Notes: a model not told the origin generated them from the letters alone. Shown: positions 12,550-24,986, counted from the first letter of the whole stretch. The stretch is 62,926 nt of DNA, filler included, from Basidiobolus ranarum (GCA_040143965.1; 46 parts of 46 records of this genome joined end to end with filler, not necessarily neighbours in it), one strand, 5' to 3'. Translations and numbers: made by a program.

Positions 12550-13640
12550 ACAACGGCAACAAAACACAATCTATGGACACAGTGTAAGTACATCTATAAT
12601 TTGGACTCATTTACTTGTGTGATTATCTGATAGTATTTCTTGGAAAGCTGCAAGACAGACTTCTTGGGGAGATTGATTGATATATGTGGTATTATTGTTT
12701 AAGCCATGTGGTCATCTATTCAAGCAATGACCCCTCTACTTGTGGTAGGACATTTGCTGACTATAAATTGGGGATATATTGGCTGAATTCTTGACAAAAT
12801 TTTGCCAAATTCCAAGAGCTTATACTCATTGTGAATGGTAACAAGAGTCAGCTAACTGCCAAGTGTCAATACTATTTGTAATTTCAGATGTTTAGCAATT
12901 TTTTGACAATTAGTTTGCTGGTAAAGCTTATTGATGTTGTTGAGTTATGTCTGAGCAGTCAAGTATGTGCATATTTAAAGGCTGAACACAACAAGATACT
13001 TGCATCTTTTGATTCTCATTATAGCTGGAATACAAAGCCAAAAATATCTAAACAAAGGCATGCATATTAATTTGAATTCCAACAGCAGTAAATCCCATAT
13101 TTTACCATTTGAAAGTTAGATTTTTGCAAAAATTGGAGGAAATTAAATAACACAAGCCAAATATGAGGATCAATATTTCAACCTAAGTGAATACCATCAA
13201 AGTACCATCAAGAAGCTGCCTTCACACTATAAGAATATGTAGCAGAATGCAAGCACTAACATTGTGATGGTGCTCTGATGGGTCTGCAATTCAGAATGAT
13301 GGATCAAATCCAGTTCAAATCAATTTCATATTTGTTTGGGATTGGTCCTTGTAGTCCCTACCACACCACACTCAAACTTGCCATAGCTTTTTCCCTATTC
13401 AGTATATTGTACTTGTTCTCTGTGATGGGGCCAGATTTGCCGTATATATTATATTGGATAAAGTATTCTAAAATTGGAACAGCAGAATGTGGCACTATCC
13501 AGACCCTCTGGCTTGATCAATTTTGATCACATTCATTCTAATATATTGATCCAAGGTCCAATAAACCCTGGGACAATGAAACAAGTCCATTATATTTTAC
13601 CCTGCAATAAATATGTACACTCCATGTTTCCCTTGATCAC
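12550..13640 (+). mobile_element. CACTA transposase 3' part and right terminus (to 13340), then LTR family A fragment
   Basis: Homology to the other copies. Confidence 0.8.
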
Positions 13641-13740
13641 NNNNNNNNNNNNNNNNNNNNNNNNNNNNNNNNNNNNNNNNNNNNTTAATTAATTAANNNN
13701 NNNNNNNNNNNNNNNNNNNNNNNNNNNNNNNNNNNNNNNN

Positions 13741-15013
13741 GGTGATGGCAACAAGATTAATCAACTTTGACTCTGAAGGATAGATGGGATGTAAGGAAAC
13801 TATTTGGAAGGTTCTATAATCCAGCAATGGGGAAGTGGAGCATAATTGAGAGGCATATTGGCAGATATTGGTAACTTTGGCTACTCTCTCGAATTGATCA
13901 CCATCCTGTCCTAGAAAGATGATCTAACAAACAAGTGTTTGAGATTAGAGAGTGAAAGGCGAGCATTAATGGTCGTGATCAAATACCTCTATGTTGGATC
14001 GTTTAGTCAAAGCATACAGAGTCTTTTTGGTCTCATCCATAGTGATGTATACAATCGGATCTATTCAGCCCAAATGTTAGCAAGATAAAGAGAGAATCAC
14101 CGAACCAATGTGAATAACAAACCATCAGGGGATTTAAGAAAAGCAGGAATAAAGGTAGGTACAAGGGAGGTGTAAGGAGATGAAGTGTGATTGACTTTGC
14201 GACATTTCTTGGTAAACCAGCCCTCTTCACCCTAAAACAGAATACAATCAAGTTACTATAGAACGTGAGTACTTTGTGAACACTATAAAACCATACCTGA
14301 TAGATGAGCTCATAAATGTGGCCATCGTTTCCACACATGAAGATTCGTGCATTCTTGGTGCTAACAATAGAGGTCATGCTGACATTATCGGATGGAATAG
14401 CCATGAGAGTTCTGTATAGAGTCAGATCGGTTGAAATCCTCTCGAGACTAGAGACTTGTGTCGATCCTTCAGAGATAGACAAGCCAAGAAGGATAATTTC
14501 TAAAGGAGTAGCTAATACAAGGACGTATTGAACTTCCTCCACGAATACACCTGATAACATATACAAAATGAGTATTTCAGGGAAAAAAAGGGTGGATGAA
14601 AATGCTCCAGTTAATTACCAGGCTTGGCTTTAGCTAAACCAACACTGACGATGATTTGGTCTTGATCTTCAAAAGTATAGAAATCATTGCTTTGAGGAGC
14701 CAAAGAAAGAAATTAGTAAAGTTTATATGAAAAATAATATTTGGATCTTGAATCGTTACCCGTCTTGATAATTCCATAAAAACAATCTATGATCCACAGT
14801 AATCCAAGCTCGATTGATTTCAGGAAACAATCCCATGAAACATCTACATTGGAGCACTAACGAGTAGAAATTAATGAGAATGCATTCGCGAATGAAACTA
14901 TAGAGAACTCATCTTACAATCGTATTGCTCGAATAAAGCATTTGGAAGGGTTATGATTCGTTTCCTATGGAACAACTGCCAGTCATGAGTTTGTGGCTGT
15001 GAATATTCGCCGG
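13741..15013 (-). CDS. NUP170: Nucleoporin Nup170/Nup157/Nup155, N-terminal beta-propeller, multi-exon internal fragment
   Basis: FMGLFPEINRAWITVDHRLFLWNY, VLATPLEIILLG, RIFMCGNDGHIYELIYQ/GEEGWFTKKCRKVNHT; GT-AG introns. Confidence 0.9.
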
Positions 15014-15113
15014 NNNNNNNNNNNNNNNNNNNNNNNNNNNNNNNNNNNNNNNNNNNNTTAATTAATTAANNNNNNNNNNNNNNNNNNNNNNNNNNNNNNN
15101 NNNNNNNNNNNNN

Positions 15114-15339
15114 ATCCCCATGATATTAATATTCTTTCACTATCTATCCAATTTGTTAAATGGATTGATAATGCTGAACTACTTAAGGCTACTTCTGAAA
15201 AAGCTATTAACCCTAATATTGCTGTCGTTCCGATTAGTGCGCTACTTAATATTTTACTTCCAGTGGCACCTAATTTTCTACCTAATAATCCACTGACTAC
15301 TGCACTAACTAAGGGTAATATAATAATTGTTAAATACAT
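15114..15339 (-). CDS. nad5: Mitochondrial NADH dehydrogenase subunit 5, 5' end
   Basis: MYLTIIILPLVSAVVSGLLGRKLGATGS...NWIDSE...ISWG; AT-rich mitochondrial codon style. Confidence 0.92.
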
Positions 15340-15399
15340 CCCCGTACAGCTACACTCCTATTTCTTAATTCCCTTCCTCATTCTCTTTTACGGTCCCGG

Positions 15400-16386
15400 C
15401 TTCGCATGATTGGTTCCCCCCGTATACCCATCCCCCTTCGAGGGGGGCCCCTCCCCAACCCCCCCCCATCCTCCCCCTCCCCCCTTCCCCCCCCCCTTGC
15501 TTCTCTCCCGGGATGCAGCCAGGGTTTAGCGGGGAGGCAGGGGGAGGGTTTACCGTCCTAGGTTGCGGGGGACCGGTTGAGAGGGGGAGGAGGACAGTGG
15601 GCCATCCAGCCAAGATTCCCCCCCACACCCACCCTTCCGCGCATTGCCCCCCCTCTCCCCCTCCCCCCACCCTACCTTAGTCGGGGGGGGGGTGGTGGGC
15701 CGATCCGTTTGCCCTTTCATACCCCCCCTCGACCCGCCGGGGGGCCACTTAAAGTGGCCCCCCTGAAAGGGGGCGGGGGCCCTAAGGGTGGCCCCCGCCC
15801 ATCTGAGGATGGGGGGGGAGATGGGGGGCACCCCCCCCCCTACTTAAGTATGAGGTGGGAGGAGTCATCATTTGGGGGGGCCACCCGTTAGCCCCCCCCC
15901 CCCCTTCCGGGGGGGGGGGGGGGGGACTTTTCGGGGCCCCCCGGGGAACCGCGGGGGGGGGGAAGCCAGTGTTTGTCGGAGAAGGGAATTGAACCCTTAT
16001 TCCCCATGTATGAAACGGATGTTCTAACCTTTAAACTACCCCGACAATTATTGATGGGCTTCGCAAGGGGAACCAAACTGATTCCTCCCCCGCCCTTCGG
16101 GAAAGGGGTGATTTGCAAAGCATTTCCCCCCATTGTTCCTTTCCCTTCCTTATTGGCCCCCCGAACTGCATAGCCACCTCCCCCCCCTCCAATCTGTGAA
16201 CTGATTTGGGAGGCAGTGAGTCCCCTCCCCCCTTGGTAGGGGGGCAGTTTAGCGAACGGCCGCGAACCCGATCCCTACACCGGGTTCCTTTACAGCCCCC
16301 CCCCCTGGTCCTTCGGCGCATTGCCCCCCCTCTCCCCCTCCCCCCACCCTACCTTAGTCGGGGGGGGGTGGTCCCCCCCCTCGGTG
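15400..16386. repeat. Mitochondrial GC clusters (G/C homopolymer hairpins) with a ~57-bp direct repeat at 15639-15696 and 16316-16372
   Basis: Perfect hairpin GGGGGGCCACT-TAA-AGTGGCCCCCC at 15739-15763; TTCG- and GAAA-capped stems. Confidence 0.8.
15974..16045 (-). tRNA. trnM: Mitochondrial tRNA with CAU anticodon (elongator Met or lysidine-type Ile)
   Basis: Cloverleaf GTCGGGG/CTCCGAC, anticodon loop TTCATAC, T arm AAGGG-TTCAATT-CCCTT; lacks the initiator GGG/CCC stem. Confidence 0.85.
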
Positions 16387-16517
16387 NNNNNNNNNNNNNN
16401 NNNNNNNNNNNNNNNNNNNNNNNNNNNNNNTTAATTAATTAANNNNNNNNNNNNNNNNNNNNNNNNNNNNNNNNNNNNNNNNNNNNATCCTATCCAGTTC
16501 AAATTGACTTTTCTTTG

Positions 16518-17371
16518 TTATGTTTTGGTGTAGAATTACACAGACTTCTAGTAAAACTCCTATTCTTCAGATATATAGCTGTAGCAACAGATTCTGCGCA
16601 ACACTTATGAGATATATTTTGTGCATTTATCATAGATAATGCCATTTCTACTAAAGTCCTTTTAGCTCTTTCAGCAACTCCTTTTTGTTGATGTCAATAC
16701 GGGGCAGTAGTTCCTTGCTTAATTCCATGCACTTTGCAAATGTGATTAAATAGTGTTGAAGTATATTGCCCACCATTATCAGTACATGTTTTCTTAATTT
16801 TAGTTCCATTATCAGTCTTTTCAATGCTTTAAAATTTCTAAAGATAGACAGAGCTTCTTCTTTTCTTTCCATAAAGTACACCTAAGTATATCTTGTATAA
16901 TCATCAATAAATGTGGTTAAATATCTTTTTCTGCCAAAAGATAAATTTTGCATAGGTCCCCATAAATCTGAATGAATTAGATCCTGTTTTCTGAGAGATT
17001 TGATTAAACCAGAGCTCTTGAATGGTTGCCTGACTTGTTTTCCATATATACAACCCTCACAAATTTTTCACTTTGGTTGGGGTGTTAATTTGAATTCCAG
17101 AAATTAGGCATTTTTTGATCACTTAGCTTAAATAATCAAATCCAATATGGCCATAATTGAATAGTTACTTGATTAGAATAACTTATACTTACACATAAAC
17201 CTCTTGGATTATGTGTAAGTTTGCATAAGTTCTGATCCTTTTCTCCCAAAGCTAAATAATTCCCATTTTAATCAGTGATGGTGCATCCTGACTTCTCAAA
17301 ATTGAATTTTAGCCCTTTGGAGGTGGCCTTGCATACAGATATTAAATTCTTGGCAATATCTGGAACATGTA
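16518..17371 (-). mobile_element. Ty1/copia integrase region, flanked by a CACTA right end (to ~16517) and left end (from 17372)
   Basis: Near-identical to 2760-3620. Confidence 0.85.
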
Positions 17372-17446
17372 CCATAACAGAAATTTGAGGATTGTGATCA
17401 TAGGAATGCCATCAAAATTTTAATCCATTTGGGATTGACCATTTAC

Positions 17447-17758
17447 TTAAGGCTACTGAATTGATTTGCTTGATAATCTTGAAAGGCCCTAGTCTTTTAT
17501 GATCAAGTTTAGCACAAGGTCTAGTGGTTTTGATATTTTTCTGGGGTAGCCAAACATAATCTCCTGGCTTAAGATCTGGGCTTGGCTTTCTTTTCTTATC
17601 AGCAACATTCTTGTATTGTGATTGAGCATGCTCCAACTTGGATATTGACTGTTTATGGATGTCCTTAAGGAAAGTGGCATGGTCTGAGGCAGCAGGGCAA
17701 GGTAGATTGGATGGTGGGTCAATTGTGAAACAAGGATGGAATCCATAATTTGCAAAGA
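17447..17758 (-). mobile_element. Ty3/gypsy integrase C-terminal (GPF) region
   Basis: KLDHKRLGPFKIIKQINSVA. Confidence 0.85.
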
Positions 17759-17858
17759 NNNNNNNNNNNNNNNNNNNNNNNNNNNNNNNNNNNNNNNNNN
17801 NNTTAATTAATTAANNNNNNNNNNNNNNNNNNNNNNNNNNNNNNNNNNNNNNNNNNNN

Positions 17859-19130
17859 GAAGAGAAAAATGCAATTCAAGTATGCAGAAAGTGGCTTCAG
17901 AAGAAGAACACTCAACTTGACATTCAGTCTGGTGTTAACCATTCAGATATCTGGGAAGAACTTAATACAGAGTGGCAAAATATTGCAGGGTATCCACCAG
18001 ATAGCTGGAAGAATGTTGATTTAGCAATGTTAATACAATGGTAGGCTTTGATGGAACTATTGATACAAACTTGTGTTGGGTATGAGCTAAACCATAGGTG
18101 TGAAGAACTCTATAAAAATATTCAGGAGAAAATATCAAAGAGACTAGGGATTTCAAAGGTGACAAATTAGTGTTCAAGTGGTAATTGTGTAAAATTTGAG
18201 TTATGTTTTTGGGTATGAAGAACTCTAGAAAAACATTCAGGAGAATATATTAAAGAAACTAGGAATCTCAAAGGTGACAAATTGGCATTTAAGTGCTAAA
18301 TGTGTCAAATTTGAGTTACATTGTTCACATATGCATTGATGAATAGTTTTGCTGAGATTGTAGCCCAGCATGTGCAACTATTTTGCAAGATCTTGAAACT
18401 TCACTCCTGAAACTGAAAAAATTGATTAAAATCAAATCTAACTTGACAACTTCATGATGGTGAGTAAACGGTCAATCCTAAATGAATTATAATTGTGATG
18501 GTTTTCCTACAATAATAATCCTCAAATTTTTGTTAGGGTTAACCTTCCAACAAAGGGCTCTTTTCAATTTGCTCATGGGTTTTTGCATTGTTTGAGCACA
18601 TGATCAGCAACAAAGCCCAATCCATGGACACAGAGTCAGTATCTCTATAATTTGGACTAATTTGTTTGTGTGATAATCTTACAGTATTTTTAGGAAAGCT
18701 GCAAGCCAGACTTGTTGGTGAGATAGATCAACACTTGCAGTATTATCATCTTAGCCATGGGGTATTCTATTCCAGTGATGACACATCTACTGTGGCAGGA
18801 CATTTGTTGACTGCAAGTTGGGGATATATTGGCTGAATTCTTTACGGAAATTTGCTATAATCCAAGAGCTTATTCTCAATGTGAATGGTAACAAGAGTCA
18901 GCTATTTGTCAAGTGTTAGTGCTATTCAAAATTTCAGATGTCAAGCAATTTTTCCACCACTAGTTTGCTGGTAAAGCATATTGAAGTTGTTGCATTATGT
19001 CTGATCAGTCTAGTAGGTTCATATGTAGAGACTAAACACAACAAGATTCTTGTATTTTTTGATTCTCATTATGGCTGGAATACAAAGCCTAAAATATCTA
19101 AATAAAGGCATGCATATTAATTTGAATTCC
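17859..19130. mobile_element. CACTA ORF2 3' end and left terminus (18538) nested in another copy's transposase (18539-19130, +)
   Basis: TTTGTTAGGG junction; homology. Confidence 0.85.
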
Positions 19131-19230
19131 NNNNNNNNNNNNNNNNNNNNNNNNNNNNNNNNNNNNNNNNNNNNTTAATTAATTAANNNNNNNNNNNNNN
19201 NNNNNNNNNNNNNNNNNNNNNNNNNNNNNN

Positions 19231-20501
19231 TGATTTGTATGCAATTATAAGTAAAAACCACAAATTTGCAATCCAGGCCATGGCAAGCAATAATGCTGCA
19301 ATATTGCAATTAATGCAGCATTCTGAAGCAACTAGTCAACAGTTAGAGAGTCACTCTACAATGATACAAGACCTTCAGAATGCTGTACTAGAGCTGCAAC
19401 AACATCCAGCTCCCTCCATCCATTTTCATATAGGATTTCAAGCAATCCCACACCATACATATGAATGTCACCATGACAATCTAGCAGAGCAGTATATGTG
19501 TCAGACCATTAAGCCAATATAATAACCAAAAATTGCTTGGATATATGACAGAAGAAATCTCATAAGAAAACCAGCAAACCAAAAGATTCTGAATGCAGAG
19601 CTGCCATCACTTGCTCTAATGATGAGTGATTTAACATCTTGGAAACTGTGCAGAATCTTGTCCAAATTCACTTTGATTTGAGCCAATTGTGGAAAAACCA
19701 AAAACCAGGCATTACTCTGAAGGTTCTTGACTTACTTCATGTGGCTTATCCTGGGTTTTTGCAAGCAAATGGCAATGGGATAGTATAGGCCTATTCAGCA
19801 AACATCTCAAAAATGTACACAATTATTGACTTGGAAAAGAAACCCTAACAGAAATTTGAGGATTGTTATTGTAGGAAAACCATCACAATTTAATCCATTT
19901 GGGATTGACCGTTTACTTACCATCATAAAATTGTAACGTTAGATTTGATTTTAATCAATTTTTTCAGTTTCAGGAGTGAAATTTCAAGATCTTGCAAAAT
20001 AGTTGCAAATGATTGGCTAAATCCCAGAGAACTATGGATCAACACATGTGCAAAAAACGTAACTCAAATTTTACACAATTACCACTTGATTGCTAATTTA
20101 TCACCTTCAAAATTGCTAGTCTCATTGATATATTCTCCTGAATATTTTTATAGAGTTAGCTACTTCATAATTTTTACTTAGGATTGCATTCATATCATTA
20201 TGGTGTTCTGGCTGCAATTCCCTTATTGTAATAATTCTATCCAAATTTTCTACAGAGGGTTGTTCAATAGTGGGCAAAGTAGCCATTTTGGAAGTTGATG
20301 ATCTTGACAGTGTTTTGGTTGAACTTTGCTCAACTATTGATTTACTACATAATTGGGGGATTCCAATCTCTTCACTTGAACTATTGCTGGAAAAGAACAC
20401 ATCTGGTAAATGATTAATGCTTCATCAGTACTTGAGTTAGTTTCTGGCATGTAAATGCCTTCCAAAGTGGATAGTGGATCACTAGACTGTTCATCAATTA
20501 A
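19231..20501. mobile_element. CACTA ORF2 middle (+, to 19842), nested left terminus (19843-20155), ORF2 N-terminal piece (-)
   Basis: Overlaps 38170-38315 and 37860-38205; CCCTAACAGAAATTTGAGG at 19843. Confidence 0.8.
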
Positions 20502-20601
20502 NNNNNNNNNNNNNNNNNNNNNNNNNNNNNNNNNNNNNNNNNNNNTTAATTAATTAANNNNNNNNNNNNNNNNNNNNNNNNNNNNNNNNNNNNNNNNNNN
20601 N

Positions 20602-21121
20602 CTATATTAGTACAGATTCCACATACTATATCAGTTCACCACTATCAGTCATTTTGAATTTGCAGATAAGCTGGCTTTGGTTCTCTCCAAAGTCTTCACG
20701 TCATTAGTTGCTATAATAAGGTCAAATTCATATAAGGCTAATAGAACTGGTTTGTCTTATCTGGCTTACAGTGAATTTTACAATCAGCATCACACTTTTG
20801 GAATTCAAGTGTTTCTAAATAAGCATTTATCTTGCTATTTCAGGCTCTTGAAGCTTGTTTTAAGCATTAGAGTGTTTTCTGGAGTCTGCAAACTTTGTGG
20901 GATTTTTAGGTCTACATATTCACCTAGCCAGTCCATTTGGATATTCTCAGCAAGCTCACCATTCAAAAAGCAGCTTTTACATCCATGTGATGTATCATAA
21001 GCTGAAATTAAGCTGAAATTGCCAAAATTAATCTAATTGACTAAAACTTTATGACAGGGGCAAAGGTTTCTGTATAATCTACTCCTGCTGTTTGGGAATG
21101 GTCTTTGGCTACCAGTCTAGC
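20602..21121 (-). mobile_element. Ty1/copia reverse transcriptase, decayed
   Basis: ARLVAK, GVDYTETFAPV, MDVKAAF, FADLYGLKQA-like remnants. Confidence 0.8.
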
Positions 21122-21666
21122 TGTCATGATTCTGATCTTGGCATACTGATTCATTGCAAATAGAACTCTTCTATTATTAGATTAAGACATCATATCTGCT
21201 GTGGGATGCCTTCTAGGCAATCTTGTTTTAGTTCATCCAGGTTGCTTTATATGGAAGTCATATTCTTTGGAACATTCCATGAAACCTAACTAATCATGTC
21301 ATCCCACACATAGAGTATTGCTGCCAAGTCCTTCCATGGAAGGCACTTGATCATCCTGACATCATCCATACTTCATCCCTCTGTGTATTTGTCCTTGTAG
21401 TCCCCAATACCCCAACACTTGAACTTGCCACAATATATTCCCTATTCAGTATATTATGTTTCACCCTGCAATTTCTATATAAGCCCCATGTATACCTTGA
21501 TCAGACCTCCATAGGATCAATGCCAGTTATTAATAAAGATTCTTGCCAACATATCTTCCCTGTCCAGTCTTGTCTTGTCTTGTCTTGTGGTCTACACCCA
21601 AGTAATCTCCTGCCTTCTAGCCTCTTGTCATTGTTTCCAGTCCTTGTCCACTTCCTGATTGTGACA
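21122..21666 (+). mobile_element. Complete 545-bp LTR (family A) followed by leader sequence to 21872
   Basis: Inverted ends TGTCATGAT...ATTGTGACA; TATA (CTATATAAG ~21475), AATAAA (~21532), (TCTTG)n; three other partial copies. Confidence 0.8.
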
Positions 21667-21972
21667 GTTTGATCAGACTACTTACACTTGCCTGTAGACT
21701 TCTCTCCATCCCTGTTCTCCAACCTTGAAACCTCCCAAGGTTGGTTTCCCTCTTATTCCCCATCTTTCCCAAGCTTTCCTGCTAAGGGAAAGGTACCTTC
21801 CACCTTTGGATAATTGCTCTGAATGCATCCTTGTTAAGACACTACTAAATATGGATCAGTCTCTTGCCTCTTNNNNNNNNNNNNNNNNNNNNNNNNNNNN
21901 NNNNNNNNNNNNNNNNTTAATTAATTAANNNNNNNNNNNNNNNNNNNNNNNNNNNNNNNNNNNNNNNNNNNN

Positions 21973-23154
21973 GTGTGGTCATCTCCCATGAAGACCTTTC
22001 TTTGGGATTTCTTCAGAATCTACAAACCATTGTTTTTCATTTGTGAAATGTTAGGAACCTCCAGAATCAATATAACATGTCTGAGAATCCTGTTGGTAGT
22101 CATAGATAGAGCAGATATGAACAAGTGATCTTCTGTTGTAATCACATTTCCAGATTCAATATATTTCATCTTTTGCAATTCTTTTAAAGCAATCTTTGCT
22201 TAGATGGCCAGTTCTTTAACAGTAAACACAGAATGTGTTACTTTTCTTCTTAAAGTGCTTTTGACTTTTATAGGATGGTTTCCCATAGCCTATTAAAGCA
22301 TTTTCTTCATTGTTTTGGTTGGATTCTGATTTATGTAAATCTTCATCCAGAAGTCTGCCAAATACATAATTTAAGGTCATTTTTCAGTTCTTGATTCTAG
22401 AGCCATTACTAGGCTCTGAAACTTGTGTGGCAGGCTATTCAGGACTTTAACTATGATATCTTGTTCAGTAGTAGGTACTTCAATGCATTCCATTTCATCC
22501 ACTAAAATAGTGACTCTATTAGTTAGTGATTTAATGATTTCTCCTGGCTTCATCTTTAAGTTAAAGAATTATCTTGTTCAAAGCATCTTGTTGGCAGCAG
22601 AACTTGTTTGGTAGGTGTCTTCCAGGGCTTTCCATATCTTCTTGGTTGTTTTAGCTCTTGAACATTGAATTAGCAATTTGTCTTTAACATTGAGACAAAT
22701 TGTGTTAAAGGCACTTTGTTCTTTTTTAACCTGGAGTAAAACTTTGGTTTCAAATATTTTTGCATTGTTTTCTTCTCCTACAATAGTATCACAAAGTCCT
22801 TTTTCTTGCAGCAGCATGTTCATTTTAATTTTCCAAACTTGATAATTGATTCCATCCAATATTTTGGAAGAGGGAAAAGTTCAATAGATTTGAGAAGTAG
22901 ATATTACAGAGAGTGCAAGCTTGGGGCTCATAACCTGTTAAAGCATTTGGAAGCCTGTTGGAAGTGGTTTAAAGAATTAGAGGAATTGATGGTTTTCACT
23001 TATTGATTGATTGAGTAGAAAGTTGACATATATATTTTGTCAAGATGTAAACAAACTAACATATAGAATATGTTAAAGAAGGTCCCAGGAATATTTGTGC
23101 AAAGTTTGGAGCTTCTAGCATAAGTTTGAAAAATCTATATATCTGAGAACTTCT
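21973..23154 (-). mobile_element. Ty1/copia gag-protease, PBS (22924-22935) and LTR family B (from 22936)
   Basis: DGINYQVWKIKMNMLLQEKGL; CCHC knuckle remnant C..KELAI..DC; IDSG; PBS GGTTATGAGCCC on the minus strand. Confidence 0.88.
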
Positions 23155-23243
23155 TGTTGAAGCTTATTATCTTTATCATATTTGTTATCTCTATCTTTAT
23201 ACACCTAACTATTTCATATATCACATATAAGTTTGTTAACACT
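23155..23243 (+). mobile_element. LTR family E start (also 62746-62926)
   Basis: TGTTGAAG start; two near-identical copies inserted in different hosts. Confidence 0.55.
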
Positions 23244-23343
23244 NNNNNNNNNNNNNNNNNNNNNNNNNNNNNNNNNNNNNNNNNNNNTTAATTAATTAAN
23301 NNNNNNNNNNNNNNNNNNNNNNNNNNNNNNNNNNNNNNNNNNN

Positions 23344-24614
23344 ATATCATTGTATGTATTGGTGACACTCCTGCCATCAGTAAACTTGGAGGTTTTTGTA
23401 GGCACAATGCACTATCTTGCTGTAGATTTTGTCAAATCAATGGAGTTTACTCTAACAGGCATACGCATTACTACTATCCAAATACAATAATAAACTTCAT
23501 GATTTTACCATGAAAGCCCAGTCAGATTGCAACATGATCACTGATATTAATTCACCAAATAGTCAGTCTAACATCAAACTTGGTATTAGCCGTAAGTCTA
23601 ATATTATATTGCTAAAGGGAATCAGCTGGAGCCAGAGCTTCCCATTAGGTACCATGCACTTACTATTCAACAACATTCTGATACTACTTACGCAGCTATA
23701 TAGTGGAAAATTCAATATGAATGAGCCATTTGAGATAGGATCAAAGTATGAATCGATTGGGAAAATGCTTAAAAACATCAAGATACCATCATATTTTACC
23801 AGGACTCCCATCAATATCCATTCATCTAGGTGTTTATTCAAATGCAAAGACTGGAAGTATTGCATTTTTATATATTTGAGTGGATTTTGAAAAGATTTCT
23901 GCGTGATAAGTATTGGCAACATTGGGAGTTGTTTGTCAAAATTGTTAATATATTCTTGCAGCATCAACTCACATTGGCAGATCTCAGGCAGATACAGTGA
24001 CTGTGCAAAGATTTTGTAATTGGATACAAAAAACTTTATTACAGGTTTAAAGAAGATAGACTAAATCTATGCCGGTATTCAATACATTCCCTGCTGCATC
24101 TTTCACAAAGCTTAGAGATTATAGGCCCTTGCTATACATTCTGGGAGTTACCAATGGAGTACACCTGCGGTGAAATGATGCTCCATGTGAAATAATCAGT
24201 ATTACCATATGCTAATCTGATAAACAAGGTATCATCAAAATCAGTGATGGAAGTAATGCAATGGGTAAAGGAGACTCCAGAGTTTATTAACCTGCCAACA
24301 AAGGGCCCTTTTCAATGTGCTCATGGGCTTTTACATTGTTTGACCACAATAACAGCAACAAAGCCCAATCCATGGACACAGAGTAAGTACCTTTATAATC
24401 AGACTAATTTGCCTGATGATAATCTGATGGTATTTTTAGGAAAGCTGAAAGACAGACTTCTTGGCAAGATAGATGGAGATATGCAGTATCATTGTCTTAG
24501 CCATGGGGTAATCTATTCAATCAATGACACATCTACTTGTGGCAGGACATTTGTTGACTGCAAGTTGGGGATATATTGGCTGAATTCTTTATGGAAATTT
24601 GCCAAAATCCAAGA
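23344..24614 (+). mobile_element. CACTA/CMC transposase middle (Tnp2 core end, DUF4218-like region)
   Basis: CIGDTPAISKLGGF..HNALSCCRFC, FPLGTMHLLFNNI, IHSLLHL...IGPCYTFWELPME. Confidence 0.9.
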
Positions 24615-24714
24615 NNNNNNNNNNNNNNNNNNNNNNNNNNNNNNNNNNNNNNNNNNNNTTAATTAATTAANNNNNNNNNNNNNNNNNNNNNNNNNNNNNN
24701 NNNNNNNNNNNNNN

Positions 24715-24986
24715 ATGGAGTTCGCAAGACCACCTTGGATGTATTTGCTCACGATGACTCTGCCTCAGTCCAAGCCACCATGTACCGTATGGCTGAGTTG
24801 ATCTTGAAACGATTCCCTGAAGTCAAGGATGTTCACTACGCCCTACCCAACAGCCATCACTTCACCACCAACCTTGCACCATTTAAGCTTCCTAACTCCG
24901 GTCAAGAAATGACTATATTTTCACCAGTCACTGATTTCTCTGGATACATTACAGCAACTATCGGTCGTCGTAGCAATCGAATTTAA
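24715..24986 (+). CDS. Uricase (urate oxidase) paralogue A, 3' end
   Basis: DDSASVQATMY...YALPNSHHF...SGYITATIGRRSNRI*. Confidence 0.88.

Noticed and set aside
15365-16442. Gly/Pro-rich ORFs in the ORF track
   Set aside because: By-products of G/C homopolymer clusters in mitochondrial intergenic DNA
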